Shown here: positions 46,993 through 56,780 of the stretch, piece after piece | Numbering within the stretch: position 1 is the first letter of the stretch | Layout: the number at the start of each line of letters is the position of its first letter | From: an uncultured Bacteroidales bacterium | GTDB lineage: Bacteria > Bacteroidota > Bacteroidia > Bacteroidales > VadinHA17 | Direction: 5' to 3' | Assembly: GCA_963750735.1 (NCBI GenBank) | Contig: CAVVRY010000013.1 | Span: forward strand, 1,856 to 65,855 | Length of the DNA: 64,000 nt | The notes under the pieces: model-generated | Database searches by the model: none | What the model saw: the letters and a program-made list of their open reading frames with translations, nothing else | What the model was told of the DNA's origin: nothing | Translations under genes and position numbers: made by a program

Positions 46993-48119
46993 AGCCCTTT
47001 CCACCAATTAGTGTTGGGAAATGATCCATCAGACAATATAATTTGTTCTCCAATCCGAGGTGTTGTAATGGGCATATTTTTTGATGCTGCTGCCTGGCTG
47101 ACTCTTTCAACGGGATCTGTCCAGCTGTGTAAGGCAAGTTTAAAAGCACCCCAGTGTATGGGCATCATTGTTTTAGCATTTACATCAATTGCGGCCTGAA
47201 CTGTTTCCTCTGGTAACATATGTATATCGTGCCATCTTTTATCATATTGTCCGCATTCCAGTAATGCCAGGTCAAAAGGGCCATAGGCCTCCCCTATTTC
47301 TTTAAAATGAGGGCCATATCCACTATCTCCACTAAAATAGATTCTTTCATTCGACCCAAGTATAACCCATGAACTCCATAAGGTAGTGAATCTGTCCATC
47401 AATCGACGACCAGAGAAATGGCGTGAAGGAGCACAAACCAGGGTAAGTTCACCTGCTTTAACTTCATCCCACCATTGCAGCTCATGGATTTTATTTTCAT
47501 CTACTCCCCACTTTTCAAGATGGGCAGAAACTCCAAGTGGCACATAAAATGCATCAACTTTTTCGCTTAATTTTTTAATAGAACCATAATCCAGGTGATC
47601 ATAATGATCATGAGAAATAATGACTATTTGGATCCCAGGTAGCTTTTCTATCTCTATGGGTAAATCCTTTGTGAATCTGGGAGATCCAAGCATTGGATGC
47701 GGCGAAGGAGTATTTCCAAACATTGGGTCTAACAATATATTTACACCATCTATTTCCAACAGGAAACTTGAATGACCAAACCATGTTAAGCGGGTGAGGT
47801 TCTCATTTTTATTGACAATTTCCAGGGAGTCAATTTTCAGGACAGGAAGATCTGAAATTGGTTTACCATTAGCCGTCCCTTTTATAAATTCTCGCATTAC
47901 CGAAATCCCGGTTCGAAAATTCATATCCATCATCGTTGGTAGCTGGTTAAAGAACTTCCCATCTTTATAATTGCTTGAAAGTAAATATTTTTCTTTTTGT
48001 TCTTGTGTTGGCCTTCCTCCAAAGTCTGGGCGAAGGTTTACAAATAAAAACACAGTAATAACAAACAGGATTATAAAGCCTGCAAGGATGTATCCTATCA
48101 TTTTAGATATTCTTTTCAC
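46989..48119 (-). CDS. MBL-fold metal-dependent hydrolase (NAPE-PLD-like), membrane anchored
   Basis: 376 aa. N-terminal TM helix. HxHxDH motif (ISHDHYDHLD). WFGHSSF block. Confidence 0.75.
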   Translation of the reverse strand: MKRISKMIGYILAGFIILFVITVFLFVNLRPDFGGRPTQEQKEKYLLSSNYKDGKFFNQLPTMMDMNFRTGISVMREFIKGTANGKPISDLPVLKIDSLEIVNKNENLTRLTWFGHSSFLLEIDGVNILLDPMFGNTPSPHPMLGSPRFTKDLPIEIEKLPGIQIVIISHDHYDHLDYGSIKKLSEKVDAFYVPLGVSAHLEKWGVDENKIHELQWWDEVKAGELTLVCAPSRHFSGRRLMDRFTTLWSSWVILGSNERIYFSGDSGYGPHFKEIGEAYGPFDLALLECGQYDKRWHDIHMLPEETVQAAIDVNAKTMMPIHWGAFKLALHSWTDPVERVSQAAASKNMPITTPRIGEQIILSDGSFPNTNWWKGL

Positions 48120-48194
48120 TTTTTTTAATATATAACAATCTACCAGTGGGTTTTGTTGAAAAATCCCCAGATTTATAATCCAATCAACAAGATT

Positions 48195-49976
48195 CTAAAG
48201 GGTTAACTGCAATTCACTAAGGTTTCTATAAATTCCTGATGGAAGTTTCATCAATTCTTCATGATTTCCTTTTTCAATCAACTTACCTCTATCCAGAACA
48301 ATGATTTGATCTGCCTTGCGTATGGTGGAGAGCCGGTGAGCTATAACTATTGAAGTTCGACCATTCATGAGTTTTTCGAGAGCATCCTGAACCAGTCTTT
48401 CCGATTCAGAATCGAGGGAGGATGTAGCTTCATCCAGTATCAAAATCCTGGGATCTTTCAACACTGCACGTGCGATGGCTACTCTTTGTCTTTGGCCCCC
48501 AGACAATTGTGTGCCACGCTCACCAACAAGGGTTTCCATCTTATCCGGAAAACGATCAATAAATTCCAGGGCATTGGCTTTGCTTGCGGCTTCCTCAATT
48601 TCCATATCGCTGGCACCAGGTTTTCCATACCCTATATTTTCCTTTATAGTTCCACCAAATAAAAATATATCCTGGGGCACCAGAGCAATCTGACGGCGTA
48701 GTATTGATACGGGAATATCTTGAGATTCCTTTTCTCCAAAAAAGATTTTCCCACTAGTAGGTTCGTGTAATCGCAATAGAAGGGATGTGAAGGTTGATTT
48801 TCCCGCTCCGCTCGGACCAGCCAGAGCGGTTATCTGGTTCTTGGGTATTGAAAGGTTAATATTTGTAAGGACTTCCTCTGTTGGCCTGGATGGATAAGAG
48901 AAATGAAGGTTTTTAATTTCTACCTCTCCACTGCATTCAAATTTTTGATCTATTTTACCAATTTCCTGAATATCTTCTTCTTCCACATCAAATATTTCGA
49001 ATAAATCCTCTGTTGCACCAATGAATCGCTGAATGCGTGTAATAACACTGGCTAAGCCGCCTATATTTCCTCCAATAAAACCAGAATATAGAACAAAAGA
49101 GAACAACTCACCAGAATCCAGCTCACCCGATCCCAGCAAGCCTGCACCTTTCCAGATCACTGCCACCAGGGAGCCAAATAATCCGAGAATTACAAAAGAA
49201 AAAAAAGCTCCTCGGTAGCGACCACCTTTCATACCCAGCTGTGCAATTTCAAGCGTTCTTTCTTTGTATCGACCCATCTCAAGAAACTCGTTGGTGAATG
49301 TTTTAACACTCCTTATCCCCTGTAAGGTTTCTTCCACAATAGTATTTGACTCGGCTACTTGCTTTTGCATATCTCTGGAGTATTTGCGAATGAAACGACC
49401 AAAGAAAAATACCATTAATACAATGGCCGGTAAAATGGCCAGCATAAAGAGAGTAAGCTGTAATGAAGTATATACCAGCAAGCTTATACCTCCAATGATA
49501 ATGATTAGTTGGCGAAGAAATTCAGCCAGTGTGCTGGTAAGTGTATCCTGAAGAAGAGCAATGTCAGCTGAAATACGGCTATTCAACTCTCCTACCCTTT
49601 TTTGTTCAAAGAATTTAAGTGGAAGCTTGATTAAATGATTGTAAGTGTCCTGGCGAAGATTGGCCAATGACTTTTCGGTAACATTTACAAATAGAATTGT
49701 TCTGAAATAGGAGAAAACAGATTGAATTATTAAAATTACAACTAAGAATAAAGCAATTCTATTTATTGATTCTGAAATATTTCCTTCTACACCTGAACTT
49801 ACAAGTTCACCCAATAATTTTGGAAAAGCCAGGCTGGCAAGGCTGGAGACAAAAAGGAATAAAAGTCCAATTCCAAACTCAACCCGGAAAGGCCTGATGT
49901 ATCGGTATAGTTTCAAAGCATTACCAAGACCTGTAAGGGTTATTTTCTTCCTTGGTATTTCAGGATCCAAAGCCAT
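48195..49976 (-). CDS. ABC transporter, fused permease/ATPase (MsbA-like exporter)
   Basis: 593 aa. Six-TM N-terminal domain. Walker A GPSGAGKST, signature LSGGQRQR, Walker B ILILDEATS. Confidence 0.9.
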   Translation of the reverse strand: MALDPEIPRKKITLTGLGNALKLYRYIRPFRVEFGIGLLFLFVSSLASLAFPKLLGELVSSGVEGNISESINRIALFLVVILIIQSVFSYFRTILFVNVTEKSLANLRQDTYNHLIKLPLKFFEQKRVGELNSRISADIALLQDTLTSTLAEFLRQLIIIIGGISLLVYTSLQLTLFMLAILPAIVLMVFFFGRFIRKYSRDMQKQVAESNTIVEETLQGIRSVKTFTNEFLEMGRYKERTLEIAQLGMKGGRYRGAFFSFVILGLFGSLVAVIWKGAGLLGSGELDSGELFSFVLYSGFIGGNIGGLASVITRIQRFIGATEDLFEIFDVEEEDIQEIGKIDQKFECSGEVEIKNLHFSYPSRPTEEVLTNINLSIPKNQITALAGPSGAGKSTFTSLLLRLHEPTSGKIFFGEKESQDIPVSILRRQIALVPQDIFLFGGTIKENIGYGKPGASDMEIEEAASKANALEFIDRFPDKMETLVGERGTQLSGGQRQRVAIARAVLKDPRILILDEATSSLDSESERLVQDALEKLMNGRTSIVIAHRLSTIRKADQIIVLDRGKLIEKGNHEELMKLPSGIYRNLSELQLTL

Positions 49977-50314
49977 AAAAGGATTCTTAATTTATCTGAT
50001 TGCAAAAATAGTTTTGTTTAACAAAAAATAATATACTGCGAAAGTATTATTTTTATTCAATCTAAATAGTAAAATATTGATATTTTTAATATTTTTGTGC
50101 GTTCATTTTTTGTTTAGAAATGAAGACTAAGACCTGGGTTATATTTAATTGATTATATGAGTTTTAATCTTTGGTGAAAGTAAAATAAGATTATTCCTTG
50201 GATAAGGCATCATTAGCATATTTAAAAAATATTTGAATTAAGGGAATAATTATGCAAGCATTTTTGTCAAACATTAAGGGCCTGAAATTGTTATATAGAT
50301 AAAATTATCTTTTC

Positions 50315-51523
50315 ATGAGAAAAATAGACAGACGAATTGTCATTATTGCTGCTTTAATCTTTATTGTAGCCATGGCATATGGGTTAATGAAGTATTTAAT
50401 CTCCTTGAAGGAGGAGCCTCCTATGCGGCCGGCGGTAGAGGCAAAAAGATTTGTAAAAACAGAAACTGTGGCATACAGCTCAATTTATACACCTGTATCC
50501 GAACCTGGTCGACTTTCATCCATTGCTGAGGTGGATATTATTGCCGAAGCATCGGGAAAAATACAATCAGGTAATGTTCCACTTAAAAAATCTTCCAGTT
50601 TCTCAAAGGGAGATAAATTATTTGTGGTGTACCCCGATGAAGCAGCACTGGCATTAAAGGCTCGTAAAAGTCAGTACTTAAATATTCTTGCAAATATAAT
50701 TCCTGATATCCGACTCGATTTTCCCGACCGAGAATCAGATTATATGGAATTCTTTTCTTCTATTAGTTCAGATAAACCATTGCCGAAATTTCCTGAAATA
50801 ATGGACGAGAAATTGCGCATATTTCTGACAACGAGAAATGTTCTTGGCGAGTATTACAGCATTCAGAAAGACGAGCTCCAGTTAAGACGACACACTGTAT
50901 ATGCTCCTTTTGATGGAACTTATACCGACGTTTACCTTGAAGTAGGTGCTTATACCAATACAGGTGGACGAGTCGCCCATGCAATTCGGACCAATGATCT
51001 TGAACTGGAAGTTCCATTGCAAATATTCGATGCTAAGTGGGTAAAAATTGGAGATAATGTAACTGCCAGGTCTGAAACAAGAGACCTGGAATGGACTGGA
51101 AAGGTTATAAGAAAAAGTGAGTTTCTGGATGATAACAGTCAAAGGCAGTCTGTTTTTGTCAGATTAAACAACACAGGCCCCAAAAATACGGTTCTTAGTG
51201 GCGAATATCTTTCTACAGTATTCCCGGGGCATCCGGTTGAAGATGTTATGGAGATACCGCGAAACGCTGTTTTTAATACCAATGAAGTATTCGTTGTAGT
51301 GGATGGAAGACTGGAGAATAGAACCATAAATATTATAAAAACAAACGAAAGAACACTTATATTTAATGGATTAGAAGTTGGCGAGATAATAGTTGTTCAA
51401 CCACTTATTAATGTTCTGGAGGGTACACTTGTCGAAGTAGAGGGCTCTGGTCCAAAACAGAACCAGGAAATCGTTGATGCCCCTCCAAAGCAAGATGATA
51501 ATGCCAAACCAGAAAAGGAATAA
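50315..51523 (+). CDS. RND efflux periplasmic adaptor (membrane fusion protein)
   Basis: 402 aa. N-terminal anchor. A beta-barrel/lipoyl-like pattern. Located immediately upstream (2-nt gap) of the RND pump. Confidence 0.75.
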   Translation: MRKIDRRIVIIAALIFIVAMAYGLMKYLISLKEEPPMRPAVEAKRFVKTETVAYSSIYTPVSEPGRLSSIAEVDIIAEASGKIQSGNVPLKKSSSFSKGDKLFVVYPDEAALALKARKSQYLNILANIIPDIRLDFPDRESDYMEFFSSISSDKPLPKFPEIMDEKLRIFLTTRNVLGEYYSIQKDELQLRRHTVYAPFDGTYTDVYLEVGAYTNTGGRVAHAIRTNDLELEVPLQIFDAKWVKIGDNVTARSETRDLEWTGKVIRKSEFLDDNSQRQSVFVRLNNTGPKNTVLSGEYLSTVFPGHPVEDVMEIPRNAVFNTNEVFVVVDGRLENRTINIIKTNERTLIFNGLEVGEIIVVQPLINVLEGTLVEVEGSGPKQNQEIVDAPPKQDDNAKPEKE

Positions 51524-51525
51524 GC

Positions 51526-54500
51526 ATGAGAAAAATAGTTGAAAAATTTGTTGAGTATCCGATTTATGCCAACCTGATTATTTTAGTAGTGATCCTTGCA
51601 GGGACACTTAGCTACATCAATATGAAGAAGGCATTCTTCCCCGAGACAGAAAGCCGGATGATCACTGTTTCCGTTTTATACCCTGGCGCTTCACCTGTGG
51701 AGATGGAAGAGGGTGTAACATCCAGGATTGAGGAGGCGATTAGAGGTTTAATAGGTATCAAAGAGATAAATTCTACTTCTGTTGAAAACCGGTCTTCAGT
51801 TTCTATTGAAACCACTGGAGAATACCCTATTGATGAAATCCTTATAGAAGTTAAAAATGCGGTAGATGGTATATCTTCATTGCCCTCTGCTGCAGAGCGT
51901 CCAATTGTATCAAAGCAGCGGTCCCGTGCTATGGCGCTGTTTATGGAACTTACATCGGATGAGAATTCCAATGTCGATTTAATGACATTAAAAAACTATG
52001 CCCAACGAATTGAGGAAGACTTTTTTAATTCAGGGGTAATGAGTCAAATTAGTATTTCTGGCTTTCCCACACCAGAGATTTCCGTTGAGGTAAAAGAGGA
52101 AGTCCTTTTGCGTCATAATTTAAAATTCGATGATATAGCCAGGGCAATTCAAATGAACAATCGGGATGTTTCCGGAGGTCAGATTAAATCAGACGTTGAG
52201 GAACTTTTGATTCGGCTTCGCTCAAGAAGTGCGGATCCAAACAAGATTGGTGAAATTATCATACGAGGGGAAGAAGATGGAAGCTATCTTAGGGTGCGCG
52301 ATGTGGCAGAAGTAAAGAAGAAATTTGCCGAAACATCAAATAAATCCTGGATTAATGGAAAGCCTGGTGTATCCATTCGAGTTGAGAAACTTCCCGAGGA
52401 AGACCTTGAAGCGATTACAGAATATGCCAGAGAATATATGGAGGCATTTAATAAAAAAGATAATGGGGTTCAATTGATAATGTCAAGGGCCTTTCTCGAT
52501 ATCCTGCATAGCCGTTTAAAACTTTTGACAGACAATGGGATGCTAGGAATTACTCTGATAATTATTTCCTTGTCACTTTTTCTAAGTGTACGGTTATCCT
52601 TATGGGTTGCCTGGGGGATTCCATTTAGTTTCCTGGCCATGTTTATATTTGCCAACTATTTGGGCGTCACTATTAATATCATGTCTTTGTTCGGGATGAT
52701 CCTTGTTATTGGGATACTGGTGGATGACGGAATTGTTATTGCTGAGAATATTTATGTTCATTTTGAAAGGGGAAAAACTCCTATGCAGGCCGCAGTTGAC
52801 GGAACCATGGAGGTTATGCCTGCAGTTTTAACTTCTGTAACAACAACTATTGTTGCATTTTCACCCTTGTTATTCCTGGGTGGCACCAGAATGGAAATGA
52901 TGTTTGACATGGCGATAGTGGTTATTCTGAGTCTTTTCTTTTCTCTTTTTGAAGCCTTTCTTGTACTACCAGCACACCTTAGCAACCAACGGGTTCTAAG
53001 CCAAAAGAGTCTGGATGCCAGGCACAAAGGGATTAAGAAATATTTTGAGGGCCTTTTAGTTTGGCTGAGGGATAGAATCTACAAGCATTCACTCATATGG
53101 CTAATTAGGTGGCGCCATGCTGTTATAGGAATTCCAATTGCCTTATTGCTTATTACAGCAGGTTTGTTTTTTGGAGGACATATAAAAAGTACCTTCTTTC
53201 CGATGGTTGATTTCGATCAATTTACAGTTAACGTGGCATTTACTCCTGGTGATGGTGAGAAACAAACAGAAGAGTTCCTATTCAGGTTCTCAGACTCGAT
53301 TTGGGCTGTAAACGAGGATTTGAAGGAAGAACTCGGTGTGGATATTGATATTATTGAAAGGGTTAATGTGAACATTGGTAGATCCTTTAGTGGTCAGGAA
53401 TCAGGTGCTCATGCCGGAAGTATTAATGTTTATCCAGTTGACCTGGAAGGATATCCCTTAACCGGATTTGCCATAGCAAATATGGTACGAAAAAAAATCG
53501 GACCCGTACCTGAAGCAAGAAAATATACTGTTGGTGGACGAAACCGCTGGGGCGCTCCGGTTTCTATAGGTCTAATGTCAAAAAATCTACTTGAACTAGA
53601 GGAAGCTAAAGATTATATGATGAGTCGCCTGGATGAACTTCCTGCCTTAAAAGATATAAACGAAAATATCGCTTTGGGAAAACAGGAAGTGCGTTTGAAA
53701 TTAAAACCAAGGGCATATTTTCTAGGGCTTGATGAAAGTACAATTGCCAACCAGGTCAGACAGGGATTCTATGGAGGCCAGGCACAAAGACTTCAGGAAG
53801 GCCGGGATGAACTCCGGGTTTGGGTTCGTTATCCTCAATCGGATAGGCTAACGCTGGGCCAGATGGAAAAAATGAAGATTAAGACAAATTCTGGAGAATT
53901 TCCACTGAGTGAATTGGCTGAATACGATCTCGTAAGAGGTCCTGTAGCCATTCGCAGATATAATGGCAACCGTGAAATCCGTGTGGAAGCTGAGACAGTT
54001 GATCCTTTTGCATCAGTACCTGAAATTCTGGAGCAGATAAGCGTCGAAATTATGCCAGATCTATTGGCTCAGTATTCAGGGATAAGCTATACTTATCAAG
54101 GCCAGCAAAAGGCTAGTAATGAAGCTCTGCAAAAAGTAACCCGTTACTTTGCCATTGCTTTTGTGGTAATTATTTTATTGTTGATTTTGCACTTTAAGAG
54201 TGTTAATCAAACACTGATCATTATGATGATGATTCCATTGTCTATGCTTGGTGTCTTCTGGGGCCATGGTATACATGGGAAACCCATTTCACTCATGAGC
54301 CTATGGGGAATCGTGGCCTTAACCGGGGTTATTATTAATGATGCAATTGTCTTCCTTGCAAAATACGATGGATTATTATTGGAAGGAAAAAAGGTTAAGG
54401 ATGCTGTTGTAGAGGCCGGAATGGTCAGGCTCAGACCAATACTCTTAACAACCATCACTACAACCATAGGAATGTTTCCTATTATCCTTGAGAAAAGTGT

Positions 54501-54759
54501 TCAGGCACAGTTCGTTATACCAATGGCAATAAGCCTGGCATATGGTGTGGCTGTTGGAACCGTTTTCATCCTTATATTCTTCCCTATTCTGATAATGCTA
54601 TTGAATGATGTCAGGGTATATGCCAGATACCTCTGGACAGGAGTCAGACCTGAAAAGGAAGAGGTTGAAGTTGCGATTATTCAACAGAAGCGTAAACTTA
54701 AATACGAGGAAGGCTCTAAAGAAACGGTTGATAAGGTTATAGTTAATCCACAGATTTAA
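51526..54759 (+). CDS. RND family efflux permease (AcrB/CzcA superfamily)
   Basis: 1077 aa. 12-TM two-fold repeat architecture with large periplasmic loops. The VDDGIVIAENI motif. Confidence 0.9.
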   Translation: MRKIVEKFVEYPIYANLIILVVILAGTLSYINMKKAFFPETESRMITVSVLYPGASPVEMEEGVTSRIEEAIRGLIGIKEINSTSVENRSSVSIETTGEYPIDEILIEVKNAVDGISSLPSAAERPIVSKQRSRAMALFMELTSDENSNVDLMTLKNYAQRIEEDFFNSGVMSQISISGFPTPEISVEVKEEVLLRHNLKFDDIARAIQMNNRDVSGGQIKSDVEELLIRLRSRSADPNKIGEIIIRGEEDGSYLRVRDVAEVKKKFAETSNKSWINGKPGVSIRVEKLPEEDLEAITEYAREYMEAFNKKDNGVQLIMSRAFLDILHSRLKLLTDNGMLGITLIIISLSLFLSVRLSLWVAWGIPFSFLAMFIFANYLGVTINIMSLFGMILVIGILVDDGIVIAENIYVHFERGKTPMQAAVDGTMEVMPAVLTSVTTTIVAFSPLLFLGGTRMEMMFDMAIVVILSLFFSLFEAFLVLPAHLSNQRVLSQKSLDARHKGIKKYFEGLLVWLRDRIYKHSLIWLIRWRHAVIGIPIALLLITAGLFFGGHIKSTFFPMVDFDQFTVNVAFTPGDGEKQTEEFLFRFSDSIWAVNEDLKEELGVDIDIIERVNVNIGRSFSGQESGAHAGSINVYPVDLEGYPLTGFAIANMVRKKIGPVPEARKYTVGGRNRWGAPVSIGLMSKNLLELEEAKDYMMSRLDELPALKDINENIALGKQEVRLKLKPRAYFLGLDESTIANQVRQGFYGGQAQRLQEGRDELRVWVRYPQSDRLTLGQMEKMKIKTNSGEFPLSELAEYDLVRGPVAIRRYNGNREIRVEAETVDPFASVPEILEQISVEIMPDLLAQYSGISYTYQGQQKASNEALQKVTRYFAIAFVVIILLLILHFKSVNQTLIIMMMIPLSMLGVFWGHGIHGKPISLMSLWGIVALTGVIINDAIVFLAKYDGLLLEGKKVKDAVVEAGMVRLRPILLTTITTTIGMFPIILEKSVQAQFVIPMAISLAYGVAVGTVFILIFFPILIMLLNDVRVYARYLWTGVRPEKEEVEVAIIQQKRKLKYEEGSKETVDKVIVNPQI

Positions 54760-54781
54760 TGAATTTTAGAAATATTTCACA

Positions 54782-56092
54782 ATGGGAAAATGGATACCGG
54801 TAAATAGATTTACTTCATTTTTAATTTTACTTTTTGTCATTGGTTCTAATGCTCGGGCGCAGGAAGAGGACTTATCACTTGCTCTAGCCCTTGAAAAAGC
54901 TCTTGACAACAACTATGGGATTATTATTTCCAGATCGGAGACTGAGATATCCACTGTAAATAATGCCTGGGGTACAGCTGGCAGGTATCCATCAATTGAT
55001 TTTAGTGGAGGTTCATACAATAATTATGATATAAATAATACTGCTAATTTTTCAACCAACAGGCTTTCTGCAGGCCTCGGTTTGAGATGGACGATTTTTG
55101 ACGGATTCCGTGTTAAGGTAACAAAAGATAAGCTTAGCCAGCTTGAGGTCCTGGCAAAAGGCCGTTTGGCAGTAATTGTTGAAAGTACCATTATGGATGT
55201 GGTAATGGCCTACTACCTGGTGTTGCTTCAACAGGAAGAACTGGTGGTATTAGAAGATGTAATGAAATTATCAGAGGATAGGTATAATTATGAACAATCA
55301 CGCTACGAGATTGGGAGTACAGCCAGTTATAACGTGCTTCAGGCCAAAAACGTGTACCTGAATGATAAAACCTTGTTTATGAACCAGGAAATGGTGCTCA
55401 GAAACTCTGTTAGAAACTTTAACTTTCTAATAGGAGAAGAACCTACCATGACCTGGAATTTTATTGAGGAATTTAAACCTGGAGATGCTAAGTACAAGCT
55501 TGGAGATTTGCTCGATAAGATGATGGCCAGTAATCAGACCTTACAAAATCAATATGCCAACCTGGTTCTTCAGCAAAATGAAATAAAACTTAAAAAGAGT
55601 GATCTTTATCCTTCTCTGGACCTTTCAGCCGGTATTACTGATAGCTGGGCATATATTAACAGAGATAACTCTGATCCGACAAGAGGCAATGCATTAAACT
55701 CCTATGGAAATTTATTACTTTCTTACCCAATTTACACAGGAGGAACCCGAAAGAGAGCCATAGAAGTTGCCCGGATAAATGAGGAAATTGCGGATGTAGA
55801 GATTGACCAGATGCAGCATAGCCTTACAAACCAGCTCATGAATACCTATGATTTCCATGAGGTGAGGGTAGCCCTGTTAGGGGTTGCTGAGGAAAGCCTG
55901 GAGGCTGCTGAGCTAAATATGCAAATTGCTGGTGAAAAGTTTCGTAGTGGTGCTATCAATTCATTTAACTATAGAGATATACAAGTTATTTATCTGACAT
56001 CTGCACTTAGGCGATTAGAAGCCATTTACGATGTAATTGATTCCCGAACAAACCTTACACGTCTTATTGGCGGCTTTATTACTGAGAATTAG
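54782..56092 (+). CDS. TolC-family outer membrane efflux protein
   Basis: 436 aa with signal peptide. Two-repeat helical/beta pattern. N-terminal LSLALALEKALDNNYGI is typical of OEP family members. Confidence 0.8.
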   Translation: MGKWIPVNRFTSFLILLFVIGSNARAQEEDLSLALALEKALDNNYGIIISRSETEISTVNNAWGTAGRYPSIDFSGGSYNNYDINNTANFSTNRLSAGLGLRWTIFDGFRVKVTKDKLSQLEVLAKGRLAVIVESTIMDVVMAYYLVLLQQEELVVLEDVMKLSEDRYNYEQSRYEIGSTASYNVLQAKNVYLNDKTLFMNQEMVLRNSVRNFNFLIGEEPTMTWNFIEEFKPGDAKYKLGDLLDKMMASNQTLQNQYANLVLQQNEIKLKKSDLYPSLDLSAGITDSWAYINRDNSDPTRGNALNSYGNLLLSYPIYTGGTRKRAIEVARINEEIADVEIDQMQHSLTNQLMNTYDFHEVRVALLGVAEESLEAAELNMQIAGEKFRSGAINSFNYRDIQVIYLTSALRRLEAIYDVIDSRTNLTRLIGGFITEN

Positions 56093-56104
56093 AAGTGAAT
56101 ATAG

Positions 56105-56270
56105 ATGTCATTTCGAACTAATTGAGACCTGTCTGCCGACAGGCAGGAATCTTTGGATTAAGCTTCAAAAGCTAATATATTAGATTTCTCAGTCGCTTGC
56201 TCCTTCGAAATGACATGTTTTGTTTTAGATGATGTTTATCATACTGTCATTTCGAACGAAGAGAGAAATC
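56105..56270. repeat. MITE-like composite of GTCATTTCGAA-type repeats
   Basis: Perfect 13-bp inverted arms ATGTCATTTCGAA (56105-56117) and TTCGAAATGACAT (56204-56216). Internal hairpin CCTGTCTGCCGACAGG. A third direct copy TGTCATTTCGAACGAAGAGAGAAATC lies at 56245-56270, and its tail is complementary to AGATTTCTC at 56182-56190. Confidence 0.8.
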
Positions 56271-56367
56271 TGAAACCTATTCATTTTGAAAGATTTTTTT
56301 TTTCTTTCAAACCCTCATAAAACCTTTAACTTCTTCTTGTTTTTCTTCGCAGAAACCAATAAATATT

Positions 56368-56670
56368 GTGATTTGCAGAGGTATAAGGGGGCGAGGGTAT
56401 TACAATGGCCGGTATATTGATAAACAAATGTACTCTCTCCAATTAGAATACCGTATGCGACTGCACCCAAAATGGAGCATAGCTTTTTTTGGCTCAGGAG
56501 GTGAAGTAGCAGCAAATTCGAGAGAGTATTTTTCGGATTTTCATTTCAGTTTTGGTGGTGGAATCCGGTTTAAACCCCTAAAAAAGAATCCTACCATACT
56601 TCGATTGGATTACGGTAAAGGAGCCGGAACAAGTTCTGGAATCTACTTTGGCATAAATGAGGCGTTCTAG
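56368..56670 (+). pseudogene. 3' stub of an Omp85/BamA-superfamily barrel gene
   Basis: The 100-aa ORF corresponds only to the last strands of such barrels: IRGRGYYNGRY....LQLEYR......FFGSGGEV.....FGGGIRF...LRLDYG..GIYFGINEAF. There is no signal peptide or upstream coding sequence. The frame opens at 56290, right after the repeat element. Confidence 0.65.
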
Positions 56671-56780
56671 TTTGTGCATACCATCTTAAAAAAACTTTAT
56701 GCTTATTCTTTCGTTAAAGAGGATATAAAGGTATACACAACCGTTTGCCTGTGAATGGGTGTGTTTAAATTTTATGAAAG

